A program made the position numbers and the translations under genes. A stretch of 64,000 nucleotides of DNA from Octopus sinensis (lineage: Eukaryota), in the NCBI RefSeq assembly GCF_006345805.1, contig NC_043000.1:116746001-116810000 (forward strand), in the 5' to 3' direction. Below, in pieces: positions 13,497-28,648 of this stretch. The notes beneath the pieces were generated by a model. That model had not been told where the DNA came from. It saw nothing but the letters and a program-made list of their open reading frames with translations, and did no database searches. How positions within the stretch are numbered: position 1 is the first letter of the stretch; each line of letters opens with the position of its first letter.

Positions 13497-14037
13497 TGTA
13501 ATTGGATATGTAGAAATTTTAAATTTCTTTATGAATATAGGGATTTAATTTAATTAGCACACAATATATTTGTACTTAAATAAGGTTAAGTAATTATTAA
13601 GAATATCACACTGGATTTTTGGGGAGGTAAGTGGAAATGTAAGACAAAATTGGTGACGCTTTAAATAAACGCAAACGTAGCTTGCATGTGGAATTTCAGA
13701 AAGTGAGTTTAAATTAAGATTTATCACTTTGTGGTGAGGAAAAGAGATGTTTTAGAGAATTAGCTCTTTTTGAACCCAGTTACTCCTTCACGGACACAGA
13801 GATTCGTAGTATTAGTTATTTTTAGTAAATTATTGAAATTGCATAAATAGTTGGAAATTAAATAGACCAGATTGATTATCACAGGCTCTGTCACAATATA
13901 AACCCGTTTGAGGTAGAAACAAAAATAATAGAATGTTTAGAATTAAAAACGGTGCTGTTTATTTTAGTTTAAATTCACAAATTTCATAAGGACAATTAGA
14001 AAACAAAGAGATGACACCGGAAGAGCCAGATGTTACG
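13497..14037. mobile_element. Possible solo LTR interrupting a SINE head
   Basis: Begins TGTAA and ends TTACG (near TG..CA). It truncates a tRNA-like head at 13438-13496. No TSD seen. Confidence 0.25.
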
Positions 14038-14154
14038 AACTTCAACAGCTTACAACTGTTTCTGCTATAAGACGTGGTGGAATCTTAGTTGAGTACCAGG
14101 ATAACATCTTAGAGTTTCATCAGAGCCTTGGAATCAACATAAACTTTCTCACTC

Positions 14155-14540
14155 ATGGAAGCACTCCATCGGTTACGACGATGAGGGTTCCGGTTGATCC
14201 GAATCAATGGAACAGCCTGCTCGTGAAATTAACGTGTAAGTGGCTGGGCACTCCACAGACACGTGTAACCTTAACATAGTTCTCGGGGATATTCAGCGTG
14301 ACACAGAGAGTGACAAGGCCGGCTCTTTGAAATACAGGTACAACAGAAACAGGAAGTAAGAGTGAGAGAAAGTTGTGGTGAAAGAGTACAGCAGGGATCA
14401 CCACCATCCCCTGCCAGAGCCTCGTGGAGCTTTAGGTATTTTCGTTCAATAAACACTCACAACGCCCGGTCTGGGAATCGGGACCGCGATCCTACGACCG
14501 CGAGTCCGCTGCCCTAACCACTGGGCCATTGCGCCTCCTT
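14155..14540 (-). mobile_element. tRNA-derived SINE (possibly OR-type of octopus)
   Basis: Head GGAGGCGCAATGGCCCAGTGGTTAGGGCAGCGGACTCGCGG..CGATTCCCAG. The tail is shared with 15825-15960 and 61730-61770. Confidence 0.8.
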
Positions 14541-15277
14541 TCTCACTCATAACGCCTGTATGTCTTGAAAATGTAACTTTTCCAAATGAAATGCACCTCA
14601 TATTCAAGGCTCTGAACATTGTGTTCTGCACAATACGTGTATAGAGTTCTACTCCAAGTTATTAGTCTCGCTATAATTAAGCGAAATATTAAAATAAGGG
14701 CAGTTACGTCAACAAAATATAAACAGCGTTTGAATACTACACTAACTATACCAAGAACTGTTTCATACAGTTATAATCTTTTTTTAATATATGTGAATTG
14801 TACATGGCATAATTGTGCATGGCGTAATTCAAATTTGAAATTAAAAAGTTATAGAAGTTATAAATTAATTAAATGTATTCTGGGTGTTCAGAAACGAAAT
14901 AAAATTTTTTAAAAAGTCTTGAATTGAAAGGATTGGCTACTAATTATTGCAGGTCATGTAACTATATAGATTATATTTCTCATTGCCTCGATACACATAG
15001 CTTTAATTAGAAGGAACGTGTGAAAGAGCGAACTAGAGTAGTGAAATTATGGAACTTTGAGAATAAAAAAGAAGACAAAGATACAATAATTAATTGATAC
15101 TTAGAATTTGAAACTGATATGAAAACTGTAATAATTTTGTTATAGTAATTTAACTATTGTTAGGCAATATTCTTAACGTGGAACCAATTAATTGATTAAT
15201 TAATTCCTTTATTAACAAATTAATTTACAATAAACCTGAAGTGCTAGACAATCAGTCTGTGCGCGCGCATATACATG

Positions 15278-15341
<64 letters not shown>

Positions 15342-16325
15342 GTGTGTGTGTGTGTGTGTATGTGCTCATGTGTGGATGTATTGGTAACAAGAACGTCTCA
15401 ACGAATAAAAGAACTTTATAACTATAGCTTAATAATAACTATAGATAAAACACAAAATAATTCCGTCACGAAATTCATTTGTCATTTCAATTTTAATAGT
15501 TTTTAAATATATAGTTTCATAGCATCAAAGTAGATTCAGTTTGAGGCATTCAGCCAACGTAATTCATATTGTTAGAGCATTTATTGTAAAAATTATACTG
15601 CCACGTTTATTTGACATTTTCAATGTTTAGAGTAAAATTCAAAACATTAAAGATTATAATACAATATCATTTCATTTTAATCTGCAAGCCATTTTTATAA
15701 AAATTAAAAAGTTAATCAGTAAACGGTGAAAAGATAGCATATAGACATACGTACCTAAATATACATACAGTCACACATTCGTGCATACAAATATGCATAC
15801 ATATGCACATTACTGCACTCTGTCGGTTATGGCGTCGAGGGTTCCAATCGATCCGATCAACGGAACAGCCTGCTTGTGAAAATAACGTACAAGTGGCTGA
15901 GAACTCCACAGACACACGTATTCTTAAGGTAGTTCTGAGGGAAATTCAGCGTCAGATAAAATAGGCCAAAGCAACTCATTTTGCCAGCCGAGCGGACGGG
16001 AGCAATGTGAAATAAATTGCCATACTCTAAGAGACAAAACACTTGGGAATTGAACTTAGGACCTTGCAATCGTGAGTCGAACTCCCTAACTACGAATTCA
16101 CCTGCCTTGGTACATATGCACATACATACGTTCATGCATATAAACACCCATCTAAGTATTAAAGAAGCATGTTCACACAGAAGGTAAAGGCAGGCCTGTA
16201 CACCTACATATATGCACACACTAATTCAACCACATGTTTATATAACCCTGGGATAGTCTTAACCCCCAAAATTCTCATATAAAAATACTATTAAAAAAAT
16301 CTGCATGAAAAACATAATGAAAGCA

Positions 16326-16835
16326 TACCGTAAATCCTCGAGTATAGTCCGCCCTTGAGTATAATAGGCAGGGGATTTTTAGGGGGCTGTACCTCTGAAA
16401 AACCTAAACCTTGTGTATAATACGCAACCCTTCTCTAACTTAAGTCAAGGAGGTCTATATAACTTCCTTGGTTTGTAAAAATGTATACGGTAACATCCTT
16501 TATTATTATTGTATATATAACATAATACAAACTTTTTTGTGCATTTTGTTTGCAGAAAATAAAGAAATAACAGTAATAACATTTAATAAATGTTGCTTAC
16601 TGCAAGTTATGGATGATTCTTTTATGACTTCATTGCTTTCAGGCTTAGCTTAAGGTATTTTCGCGCCCGACATCACAAAATGCGTCTGAATAAACATTGC
16701 CGGACAGCCAATAGAGACTCGGACATTGCTTAGAAAATCATTTTCATTTTTAACCTCGTATATAGTACGTGCACTAGGGATTTTGACCTTTAAATTTTGG
16801 GGCAAAAAGGCGGATTATACTCGAGGTTTTACGGT
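16326..16835. mobile_element. Non-autonomous pogo/Tigger-type DNA transposon (MITE)
   Basis: TIRs TACCGTAAATCCTCGAGTATAGTCCGCC and GGCGGATTATACTCGAGGTTTTACGGT. TA on the left; no ORF. Confidence 0.85.
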
Positions 16836-17284
16836 CCCCAGTAATTGAGAGGAGTCGATCAACAGCTATCAACATAAGAAAAATAGCTGTGGTGGAGACG
16901 TGAAATATATTCATTTGCTCCTTCCGGACAATAACTTTCGATTCCTTCCTCTATAATTATTGAAGCACGTGACTAATTACCTGAGTAACATTTCTTAAGA
17001 AGCTAGGTTTTAAGACTTGGTAACATATTTATTAAAGAGATCACAGCTACGAACTACGAACAGTTACGAACGTCTACGAACTATCAAGTCACTGAGTAAA
17101 TATGAAATGGATTCAAGAATTTTAACATGTAATGTAACTCGTCCAGGCTGATATCCATACATACAGCCAACTCCACGTGCATCCACACTCACACACACAC
17201 ACACACACAGATAAATAGGTAGATATATAAATAGATATAGATATAGATGTATATATATGCATTCGTATGTACTTGCGTACATAA

Positions 17285-17476
<192 letters not shown>

Positions 17477-17507
17477 GTATATATATATTATATATATATA
17501 TATATAT

Positions 17508-17539
<32 letters not shown>

Positions 17540-17697
17540 CAGGTATATACATGCATGAATGCATACATATACATACATATATAAACAATTAAATTGTTCA
17601 TTTAATCTAAATTCCAATGAAAGATTCTTGTTTCTAAGCTACAAATCCGGTCTGTCTCCAAAAGTAAGAATTTCAGAAGATAACACCAGACACACAC

Positions 17698-17743
<46 letters not shown>

Positions 17744-17860
17744 TATATATATATAAACACATATTTGTTTCTGCATATAGACGTATGTATTCGATGGCTG
17801 GTTGGATTTATAGATGGGCGTTGGGTGTGTGTCCGGTTTTATCTTCTGAAATTCTTACTT

Positions 17861-17901
<41 letters not shown>

Positions 17902-18647
17902 ATATATATATATGTATGTATGTGTGTGTGTATGTGTGTGTGTGTGTATGTGTGTGTATGCGTGCGTGACTAAGAAGATTAAGAAGCCATCTAAAAGATA
18001 TTAAATATCCTATATATTACTGGATGTGTACCTACATATTTATAACAAAGTGCTTACTATTGCATAGCAATATCGCAATTGAATAGTAGGTATGGGTGAG
18101 GGTAAATTTCTAATTTACCCAGGATTTATAAAGCAAATAAGAAAATGGAGAGGATAAACAATCGACAAACATCAGCCAGTAAACATTCTATTATACCTGT
18201 TCGTTATTTGATTACAAGCATATGTGTAAGCGATTTAAGTAAATGAATGAAATAAGCGATTGTAATGGAAACACGATGTCAACCGCAGCCTACGGAAATT
18301 TCTCCTCAGACTGACTTTATTTATTTACCACAAGATGGAATACCATGGGTTATAATAGCACCTTAAAATGAAGTTCTTACCATTCCTTCCTATTTCCATT
18401 ACATTATTTTCATTTTATTTCATTTTAATTTATTTTACCCCACACTACTCTATGTTAGTTTCCTAACATTTGGACCCTCTGAAGGTCAAACATTGTCCAT
18501 GGGGCTCAAACATTGTCCAATACCTGTCCAATGTTTGTTCATCCCTGTATATCACAAACATAATGAGGAGAACTTGGAAGATTTGGCTGTCTTATGGTAG
18601 AAACGGCTGTCAGGGTTTGGTATTTGTACACTAGTCTATTATTCACT

Positions 18648-18728
<81 letters not shown>

Positions 18729-19269
18729 TCTGTTTACATATTTATTGGCTTATTTCATTTGTTTACTTCGATAATTTACACATATGTTTGTAATCAATAA
18801 ATAGATAGATATAATTGATTGTTTACTGGCTAATGTTTGTCGATTGTTTATCCACTCCATTTTCTTGTTATATATACATATATATATATGCGCAGAGACT
18901 TGAAAAGTTAAGATCTGCAAGCGGTTTAGATCAACACATGGTCTAACACGTTGCGCATCTCGATTTAACTCAGGATTCTCGCTGATGAATCCGGCCTTAG
19001 CAAACATATTCTGTCTGTTTTGCTAGAAAGAGGTAGAAACTGATATCAGTCCGGGATGTATCGTTATTGGTAAATGTTTTTGATTTTCACTCTCGATAAA
19101 TTTATCCCTTTTCTGTGTCCCTAGCACTTGGCATCCTTATTTAGGAGCCCTTAATTATATTTCTACATGAATAATATTTTTCTATATGAATAATATTTTG
19201 TCTAATGACTAATTCGCCCTTTGTGCTGGGCCACTGATAGTAATCTATATTAATACCCTTTTGATTATA

Positions 19270-19334
<65 letters not shown>

Positions 19335-19360
19335 ATTTAAATATCGATATTATCCTCATT

Positions 19361-19393
<33 letters not shown>

Positions 19394-19409
19394 TTCCCTT
19401 TACTCTTTT

Positions 19410-19790
19410 ACACGGTTCCGTCATTTGACAGCGGCCATGCTGGAACTCTGCATTTAGTCGAACACGTTGACCTGAGGACTTATACTTTGTAAGCCTAATA
19501 ATTATTCTATCAGTCTCTTTGGCCGAACCGCTACGTCACGAGGACATAAACACACCAATGTCAGTCAAGCGATGGTGAGGGGATAAACACTGACACAAAG
19601 ACATACATAAATATATATACATATTATATGCATGACGGGCTATTGCCAGTTTTCATCTACCAAATCCACTCACAAGGCCTAGGTCGACCCGAGGCTATAT
19701 TAGAAGACACTTGCCCCAGGTGCCATACAGTGGGACTGAACCCGGTACCATGTGTTTGAGAAACAAGCTTCTTACCACACAGCCACGTAC
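19410..19790 (-). mobile_element. tRNA-derived SINE with internal microsatellite (same family as 7185-7580)
   Basis: Head, internal (CA)/(TA) tract and CCAGCATGGCCGCTGTCAAATGAC tail on the minus strand. Confidence 0.8.
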
Positions 19791-20558
19791 ATATATAAGC
19801 GTACAATTACTGTGTTAATGGTATCTATATTCCATGTATCCATCCATCGATGCATCGATCGATCGATCCGTCGATCCATCCATCTATCCATTCATACATA
19901 CATACATACATACATACATACATTTAGACATATATACATTTATAAATACGCACACATTAATTTTTGTGTTTATGTTCTAATAACAGTTTTGTATTAAATT
20001 TAAGGACTACTGAATATATTCCGTAGAGTCAAAATTTATTATTCTTTAAGAAAAACAATATTGGTAGTAACTTCGAAGTTTCGACCACGTATATCATCGG
20101 ACTTTTGCTATCAATAATACTTCGAAACGACTGTGAATACCATTCTTTTTTAAAGAATAACACAAGTTTCTATGCATGTAAATATGTATAGTCATGCAAT
20201 ATGCATGCATGCGGTGTATTCTTGCCTGTGTGTATGTATGTACGTATGTCTACATGAATGTTTGCGTGTTTATATATATAAGTGTAAGTGAATATGTGTG
20301 CGTATATATCTGTGTTTGTGTATATGTTCGTTGTGTGTGAAAGAAGACTTGTGAATAATAGCTAGCGTATATCACAAAGTAAATCACATCTTAATGTTTC
20401 GTTAGGCAGAATAAATGGTAAACGATGTAAATAAATATTTTACAAATGCCATCTGCTCAGTATTTAGAAAAGACATCGACACAACTGCACGATAATTGTA
20501 CAACATACAATAATTTATATAGGGGCGTGTGTACTGATATCTATCTATCTATCTATCC

Positions 20559-20655
<97 letters not shown>

Positions 20656-21326
20656 AACAACAAACAGATGTATATATAAATATATATATACGTACATATA
20701 TAATTATAAGTAGACACACACAAACACACATATATAATTACTGAAGTGGGAAAACAACAATAAATAATCGCTAGGGGTTTTGTTTTTAAATTTTCCCAAT
20801 ATGAGTGTTGTCTCTGCGTTCTTTTGGAATTGTATCTCTGCAATTTCCAAAATATAACTTCATTTCATTAGCTAATATTAGTTGATGTATGGTGATAAAA
20901 GTCCAAACCTAAGCTTATTGAAGTTCATTTCAGGTTACGCGTAACTTCCAGAATATCCTCTTTCCTTCCCTTTTAGTCGAAAGAAGGCGTTATCAAAATA
21001 CAAACCAGAAGTATGTTACGCTCAATACATTTCACTTGACATTGTCGTGGCAAATATGTCATCATGAACCTACGAAAAAAATCAATTATCAACATGACCT
21101 TCGACAATAGAGCCGTTACGCCTTTGTTCGACATGCTAGAAATAGCTTCTTCAAATTACACACTACAGATTTAAGATGCTACAATTAAGATGTTGTAGAA
21201 TACGGTATAAAATACCTGAAAGACAGCGATATATACAGAGAGGGCTATAAGTCATGCACATAAGTTCAAATCACTCCGGAATTGACAAAGACATGCTTCA
21301 ATTTTTCTAAAGTAGAATAGTAGAAT

Positions 21327-21615
21327 GTGAAGGCGCAATGGCTCAGTGGTTAGGGTAGTGGACTCGCGGTGTCGATTCCCAGACCAGGCGTTGTGTGTGT
21401 TTCTTGAACGAAAACACCTAAAAGCTCCGATTCTCCGGCAGGGGGTGGTGGCGACCCCTTTTGTACTCTTTCGCCACAACTTTCTCTCACTCTCTCTTCC
21501 TGTTTCTTGAGTAACGCTTCATTGGATTGGCGTCCCGTCCAGCTGGGGGGAAAACATACGCCACAGAAACCGTGAAACCAGGCCCTTGAGCCTGGCTAGG
21601 CTTGAAAAGGACGAG
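21327..21615 (+). mobile_element. SINE with the 14540-type head but a different (V-domain-like) tail
   Basis: Head is near-identical to 14155-14540. The tail GGATTGGCGTCCCGTCCAGCTGGGG..GAAACC..GAGCCTGGCTAGGCTT is shared with 26605-26840. Confidence 0.75.
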
Positions 21616-23531
21616 AAAAGGGAATAGTAGAATAAAATAAATAAAATACTAGTGAATACAAAAGTTGTAAGTGACAAGTAAAAGCAATAATAATAATAAC
21701 ATAATATAAATAAAAACATTAAATCTTTTGGTGCGTGATTTTTGCCCGCCTCTGTACGTTGTTAAAAAGAATTTGATCATATGTTTTCCCGGCTGAGATC
21801 CAAATTGCAAAATCAACGACCTACAATCTCATCTAAAATGTGCTATAGCAATTTACTGCAAAATATCAAAGCCCGGCGTGAAATATTTCTATCCCACGAG
21901 AGTTCCGGACCCTAATTGTTTGGAAAGCAACCATACTCTTTATGTTAATAAAATCATTTTTAATAATTTTAATCTCATATATTATTCCTAAAACTTGAAA
22001 AATTTTCGTGCAATCTACACCACAAAAACATACACATACGTATAGGTATATACGTATATACACGTCAAGTAAACTCAAGACGAAGCACGATGTTGTAAGT
22101 CGACCGATCGCCTCCAAGTTACGCCTGATTTTAGGAGACAAGTAATTAGATAGATTTGCATCTATACCTATTATCAGATTGTGTTAAGGCCCCATATGGC
22201 AAAGATGTGGGTAAAGGAATATGTGCTAGCAACCCTCACCCCTTACTGTTTTACAAAGTAAGTAACAACACAAATAACTACGCAGAGGCAGCCATGGTTG
22301 AAACAAGAACAAGAACAACAAGCATTATTAAAAGATAAATGAAGCATGGTCATTCCTTACCCAAGTGGCCTTATTTATCTTATCGCTTGACTGGGTGAAA
22401 ATGATGAAACTTTAAAACTCTATAACTTTATTGTTCTAGAAAAATGAAAAAACTTCAGAAATTCGGTTTGGACAAGTGTATTATTGCGCCAACGTCGGAG
22501 TAACCAGTGTCTATGGAAGGATCAACACCATGAAGGAAAAAATATTATTTACATTATTTACATTCGTTTTCCCGACAGGTAGTTAGAGACAGTAGTATTT
22601 GTAGTGATAGCGAAATTGTTTTTGATCTTGACTGAAAGATTGCTGTCTGCCGGTAGAGAAGGAAAGAGTAAGGAATGCACGGTGCTGACTAGAAAGGAAG
22701 AAACGATAAAACTGGCTCTGCTCTGATTGTAAGCAAATGAGTTGATTTCGTGAAAAAAAAAAACTTTCTCAGCCGGGCCGCGCGTCTGAAGTGAGTAATT
22801 ACAACTCATTCGTAGAGGCGGTATCCATGTTTGTGTAATGAGATAATGAAAGATTCATTATGACTCAAGGTCCTGATTCAGATATGAATAATGGAATTGT
22901 ATGGTGACAGAGAGTCACTGGAATCCGTGCAAGCAGCGCGACCGCATACCTATTAGTAGACTCTCAGCTCAAATATCACTCTAGTAGACCTGTTAGATTT
23001 TGCTTTTCACCTGTAGTCGATGATAAAATAGGCTACCGGCGTCTATAGTTATCCTTAAAAAAGTTACAATAATTGTGACCTTGTAATACATTCAGAACGG
23101 AATTACCTAAATAATTATCTTTGTGTTATGTTCGTTTTTTAAACTCCTTCAATAGGATGCGGCAGGCTACTGAGTAATATATCTCAATTGAACTATATGT
23201 TTTCATTCTGATTACCTGAAACGTGCTCCGAATTATAAATGATATACAAATGGTGTTTATTTTTCTATATATATCAGCTTCACTCTTATTGTTAAAAATC
23301 CAGCGAAAAGTATAGAAAGAAAAATGAAACCGTTGCCTGACACAAATGTAAATATATCAAATTTATCATCTGAAAGATGCTTTCGTCCAAATGAGGGCAT
23401 TAATCCGCCAAATGATACAGCAGAAGACTCTTGATTAAGATGCCAAACAGGGGATCAGACGCCGCATTAACATATTTGCGAAATAAACTGCCAAACCACA
23501 TTCCAACGTCCAAACCCCTATATGCATCGTA

Positions 23532-23569
<38 letters not shown>

Positions 23570-23775
23570 TGTGTGTGTTTGTGTGAGTGTGTTTGTCACC
23601 CTAGCATTGCTTGACAACCGATGCTGGTGTGTTTATGTCCCCGTTATTTAGCGGTTCGGCAAAAGAGACCGATAGAATAAGTACTTTGCTTACAAAATAA
23701 TAAGTCCCAGGGTCGAGTTGCTCGATTAAAGGCGGTGCTCCAGCATGGCCGCAAGTAATGATATGTGTGTGTATA

Positions 23776-25061
23776 CGAGGGGCGTTCAATAAGTAATGCC
23801 CCTGACCCACTTCCCATAGCAGTAGAGCAACGAAACTTGGCACAGTTATTAGTCTTTTTCTACATAGGAACCACCCAGAGTTACGCATTTTCCCCATCGT
23901 TTGATGCGGCTCTGGAGACCGTTTTTGTAAACTCAGCTTGGTCTCCAACCTCAACGTGACTTCTGAAATCAAGGCTGCATCATCTGGGAAACGCTTTCCT
24001 TTCAAAAACAACTTCATGATTGGGAAGAGGTGAAAATCAGAGGGTGCAAGGTCAGGAAAGTAGGGGGGATGTGGAGGAGTTCATAGCCATACGCCTGTGC
24101 TTCTGATCTGGCGACAAGCGAGTTGTGGACCGGAGCGTTGTCCTACAGGAGGAGGATGCCTTTGCTGATCTTGCCCCGCCTCTTGATTTTGATAACTTCT
24201 CTTAATTTCCTCAAAAGTGAAGCATAATAGGCTCCTGCAATTGTGGTACCCTTTGCCAGGAAATCTGTCATCACTACTCCGTCCTGGTCCCAGAAGACTG
24301 TGAGCATGACCTTGCCAGCGGAGGGCTGCACCCTTGCCTTCTTTGGAGGGGGTGAGTCACGGTGCTTCCACTGCATTGACTGAGATTTGGTCTCTGGATC
24401 ATCGTGATGGACCCAGGTTTCATCCTGTGTAATCAGTCTTTTGAAAAATTTTGACTCATCTTCTTGGCACATCTCCAAATTCACCCTCGAGGACTCGACG
24501 CGTTCTTGCTTCTGGAAAGGCGTGAGCAACCTGGGAATCCATCTGGCAGACACCTTTTGCATATGCAAATGGTCATGAATGATAGTTTCCACAGACCCGG
24601 TACTAATCTTGACCTCATGGGCTATTTGGCGAATAATTATGCGTCGATCTTCCAAAATGGCAGCCTCAACTTGACGGACAGATGCCTCATCAATGGCAGA
24701 AGGGGGCGACCAGATCTGGGAGCTGTTTCCACAGAGTTCCGACCATGTTTGAATTCACGATGCCAGCGTTTTACAAGGTCATATGATGGGGCATCATCAC
24801 CATAAGTTACTTTCATTTCATCAAAAGTCTCCCGTGGTGTGCGTCCTTTCAAATACAAAAACCGGATCACTGCTTGACACTCAACAGGCTCCATTTCACA
24901 CTTGACTCAGTTCAAACACCTGTAAATCAGAAACCACAATAAATTGAGAGCTGTAATTTGGCACTTACTCTATAGAGATATAAATGATTGTACATGCAAA
25001 ATGTCAGCTAGATCAAACAAATGCAAGTGGGTCAAAGGCATTACTTATTGAACGTCCCTCG
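23776..25061 (-). mobile_element. Full-length mariner transposon (irritans/Himar1-Hsmar2-like), 1286 bp
   Basis: TIRs CGAGGGGCGTTCAATAAGTAATGCCCCTGACCCACTT and AAGTGGGTCAAAGGCATTACTTATTGAACGTCCCTCG. TA target duplication at 23774-75 and 25062-63. Confidence 0.95.
23849..24894 (-). pseudogene. Mariner transposase, frameshifted
   Basis: HTH N-terminus (MEPVECQAVIRFLYLKG..PRSGRP), WIPRLLT, TQDETW, QDNAP, PDLAPSDF (DD34D type). Split over several frames. Confidence 0.92.
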
Positions 25062-25238
25062 TACATGTAAATTTATGCATGAACTTACAAATGCTTGTAA
25101 ATGAACATTAAATGTGTTGTGTTAATACTGCTATACAAGAGTAAACATATACGTGGTATGTCTTAAATCTATGTCTACTAACATATATATATAAATAAGT
25201 ATGTGTGTTAGTGTCTGGCTGGTTTGGTGATTGACTGA

Positions 25239-25340
<102 letters not shown>

Positions 25341-25543
25341 TGTGTGTGTAATCAGACAATCCCACTATACGGAAAAAGTTCCGGTCTGGAAACGATCGTT
25401 CAACTTGCCTGTTGAATGATCCCCTGGAGCAGAACGAGTAAATATCGGTTTCCTTCTCAAACAATCACTAACACAGAACAGTTTTATATCACAAGTGAAA
25501 TTGTATCAGATAAGAAAAGTAATTTAAATATGCCATAGGCTAT

Positions 25544-25597
<54 letters not shown>

Positions 25598-26334
25598 TTT
25601 TCGTTTTGTATTTTCTTTCACGAAATTCTTTACAGTAAGTGTTGTGTGAAGTGTGACATTCAATCATTTCTTATGCATGAGATTAGAAATCTTTTCGAAA
25701 CTACAATTGTCTCCGCCGAAATATTGATTTCTAACCAATATGCGTTTGACCTTTTTTTTTATTTTCGGCGGCTAAACGTCTTTTCACAAGAACATTAGCA
25801 ATATCAAGGAAATGTATTTTTAGTAAAGTAACACGCTTCGTTGTTATCAAACAAAAAGTACGAATAAATTTACATATTTCTAAGCATTCTAAATAAAGTA
25901 CATTAATAATTCTCGACATGTTTTTTGCATTTTCTTTTATACATTTTTCAATAAAAAAAACGAGAAACAAAATTTTGCAGGAAACAGGAATTCATAAAAG
26001 ATTTACTTTGATAAACTATAAGAGATTTATTTAATTGCAAAAAGCAATAATATTTGGAAGTTTTTGACCGTGACTCTATTTAAAAATTGTAAATCATGAC
26101 AGAATTAACTGACATACAAATAGATAGTTTTCGTCTCCAAATTCGTGGGAAGGTAATGTCTTGGAAGAGCGATTTGGAACTTGTGATTTGATTTTTCGAA
26201 TTCCTTTCTACTAAAGGTACAGAACCTGAAATTTTGTGCCAGATTGGTATTTATTTTATTGACCCCTAAAAGACGAAAGCTAAAGTCGACCTTCGAGTAA
26301 CTGAACTGTGGACGTTAAGGCGGAAGGAATACCT

Positions 26335-26561
26335 ATTTCTTTGCTACCCACAAGGGGCTAAACATAGAGAGGACAAACAAGGACAGACAAACGGATAAAG
26401 TCGATTATATTGACTCCAGTGCGTAACAGATACTTAATTTATCTACTCCGAAAGGATGAAAGGCAATGTCGACCTCGGCGGAATTTGAACTCAGAACGTA
26501 GCAGCAGACGAAATACAGCTACGCATTTCGCCCGGCGTGCCAACGTTTCTGCCAGGTCGCA
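26335..26561 (-). mobile_element. tRNA-derived SINE (same family as 63478-63695)
   Basis: Reverse complement of GCGACCTGGCAGAAACGTTGGCACGCCGGGCGAAATGCGTAG..TTTAGCCCCTTGTGGG. Confidence 0.85.
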
Positions 26562-26604
26562 GCTTTGTTTTGAATTATGTTGTTACTATTGTTTCTAAGG
26601 GTGG

Positions 26605-26840
26605 AGGTGCGTGGCTTAGTGTTTAGGGTGTCAGCATCATGATCGTAAGATTGTGGTTTCGATTCCTGGACGGGGCGAGTGAGCAAAACACTTCATTTCA
26701 CGTTGCTTCAGTCCACGCAGCAGGCAAAAATGAGTAACACTGCGATGGACTGGCGTTCCGTCCAGCTGGGGAACACATATGCCATGGAAACCGGAAAAAC
26801 GGGCCCATGTGCCTGGCTAGGCTTTAAAAGGGCGCATTTA
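26605..26840 (+). mobile_element. tRNA-derived SINE with core-like and V-like domains
   Basis: Box A TGGCTTAGTGTTTAGG, box B GGTTTCGATTCCTG, tail shared with the 21327 copy. Confidence 0.75.
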
Positions 26841-26856
26841 GGAGGCACAATGAACC

Positions 26857-27054
26857 CGGTTTTTTCAATTGCATCGACTAAAATTCGGAGTGCAGCGGAA
26901 TAAACTACCTGTATTAACTTGCTATAAAAGCAGGTAATAGTTTTAACTTGTACTTATTCCTAGTGTAAGTTTTGAAGAGTGCAATTCGATTTTAAAAGTT
27001 ATTTTTCCAAAGCTACAATGGAATTAACAAAGACATATTTTGCTTTATGAGTTA
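26857..27054 (+). mobile_element. 5' end fragment of a second mariner family
   Basis: Reverse complement of 28180-28375; includes the ATGGAATTAACAAAG start. Confidence 0.8.
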
Positions 27055-27415
27055 AATATATATATGCACGCATGTGCCACACACACACACACACACACAC
27101 ACATACATACATATATATATATATTATATATATATATATATATGCACATGCGTGGTTTTGTTGTAAGAGGCTTGCTTCCCAACTACATGGTTTCGGGTTC
27201 AGTCAAACTACGTGGCACCTTAAGAATGTGTATAGCCCCGGGCCAACCGAAGCCTTGCGAGTGAATTCGGTAGATACACATATTGAAGTTAGTACACGAA
27301 ACCAATTTTTATCACAAAAATGTGAAACTGGTGAGGTATACCAATTTTTACATAAATAAAACTTCGTGTCTACTTTATGTGCATTTTCAACTTCACACAC
27401 ACACACAAACACACA

Positions 27416-27456
<41 letters not shown>

Positions 27457-27458
27457 TA

Positions 27459-28389
27459 TTGGGTCATCCCATAAATAATGTGGTTTTTTATCCGTGACGA
27501 AAAATACTCCTCCAGTACCGTTCTCACATCGTCTACAGAATTCATATATTTTCCGTAAAAATAATATTGAAGATTACAGATTAAATGAGAATCAGATGGG
27601 GATATGTCCGGTGAATATGGTGGGTGAGGCATCGTTTCCCATTTAAACTACTAAAGCGTTTCGAATGTCATCCTCGCTGTATGTGGTAGAGCATTATCTT
27701 GATAGAAGAACGCCTTTCTTCTTGCAAACAAAGACAGTCGTTTTTCTTCTAGTGCTGATTTATACCATTCAAGCTGCTTACAATTGATCTCCTTTGTTAT
27801 CGACTGGTTTTGGTTTAAAAGTTCAGAGAGGACTAACCCTTTTATATCCCACCAAATAGAGGATGAAGATATTTAATCTGAGGAACCAGCGTTTCTTCTA
27901 TCCCTAACCAATGTCTTCGGCAGTTGACATTTTTATAGAGAACCCATTTCTTGTCTCCAGTCACTATTTGAATGACCAACTCCAAGCTTCTCTCATAGTA
28001 CCTCAACAGTAACGATGGGATTTTGTGCCCCCGGGGTTTGCAGGACGAGTCTAGTCTTCCAGACTGTAGTTTCCGGCTCGGAATTTCTGGATCCACAGTT
28101 GACACTGGCTTACGCTTATTGCCCGATCCCCATATACTGCATTAATATTCCTTGTACCTTCCATTGGGTTGTTGCCTTTATGTAACTCATAAAGCAAAAT
28201 ATATCTTTGTCAATTCCATTATAGCATTGAAAAAATAACTTTTAAAATCGAATTGCACTCTTCAAAACTTGCACTAGGAATAAGTACAAGATAAATTATT
28301 ACCTGCTTTCAGAGCAAGTTGATGCGGGTAGCTTATTCCGCTGCACTCCGATGCAATTTGAAAAAAACCGCATTAATGTGGTGATCTAA
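27459..28389 (-). mobile_element. Internally deleted, decayed mariner transposon (second family)
   Basis: TA-flanked degenerate TIRs. Minus-strand remnants IVTGDKKWVLYKN and PHPPYSPDISPSDSHL. Confidence 0.85.
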
Positions 28390-28565
28390 TATATACATTC
28401 ATACACACACACACACATATATATATACACGTGTGTGTGTGTTTGTATGCGTGCGCATATGTATATATATACATATGCGCACGCATACACACATACACAC
28501 ACATATCAATCTATATATATATATATACATATGCGCACGCATACACACATACACACATATCAATC

Positions 28566-28596
<31 letters not shown>

Positions 28597-28614
28597 TATA
28601 TATATGTATATATT

Positions 28615-28648
<34 letters not shown>

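Noticed and set aside
22560-22800. Plus-strand first exon ending at GAA|GTGAGT (22791) after a CpG-rich patch
   Set aside because: It is a single donor motif with no supportable downstream exon.
26857-28389. One large element with 200-bp TIRs
   Set aside because: The left arm is just a 5' fragment of the same mariner family in opposite orientation, separated by SINE and microsatellite sequence.
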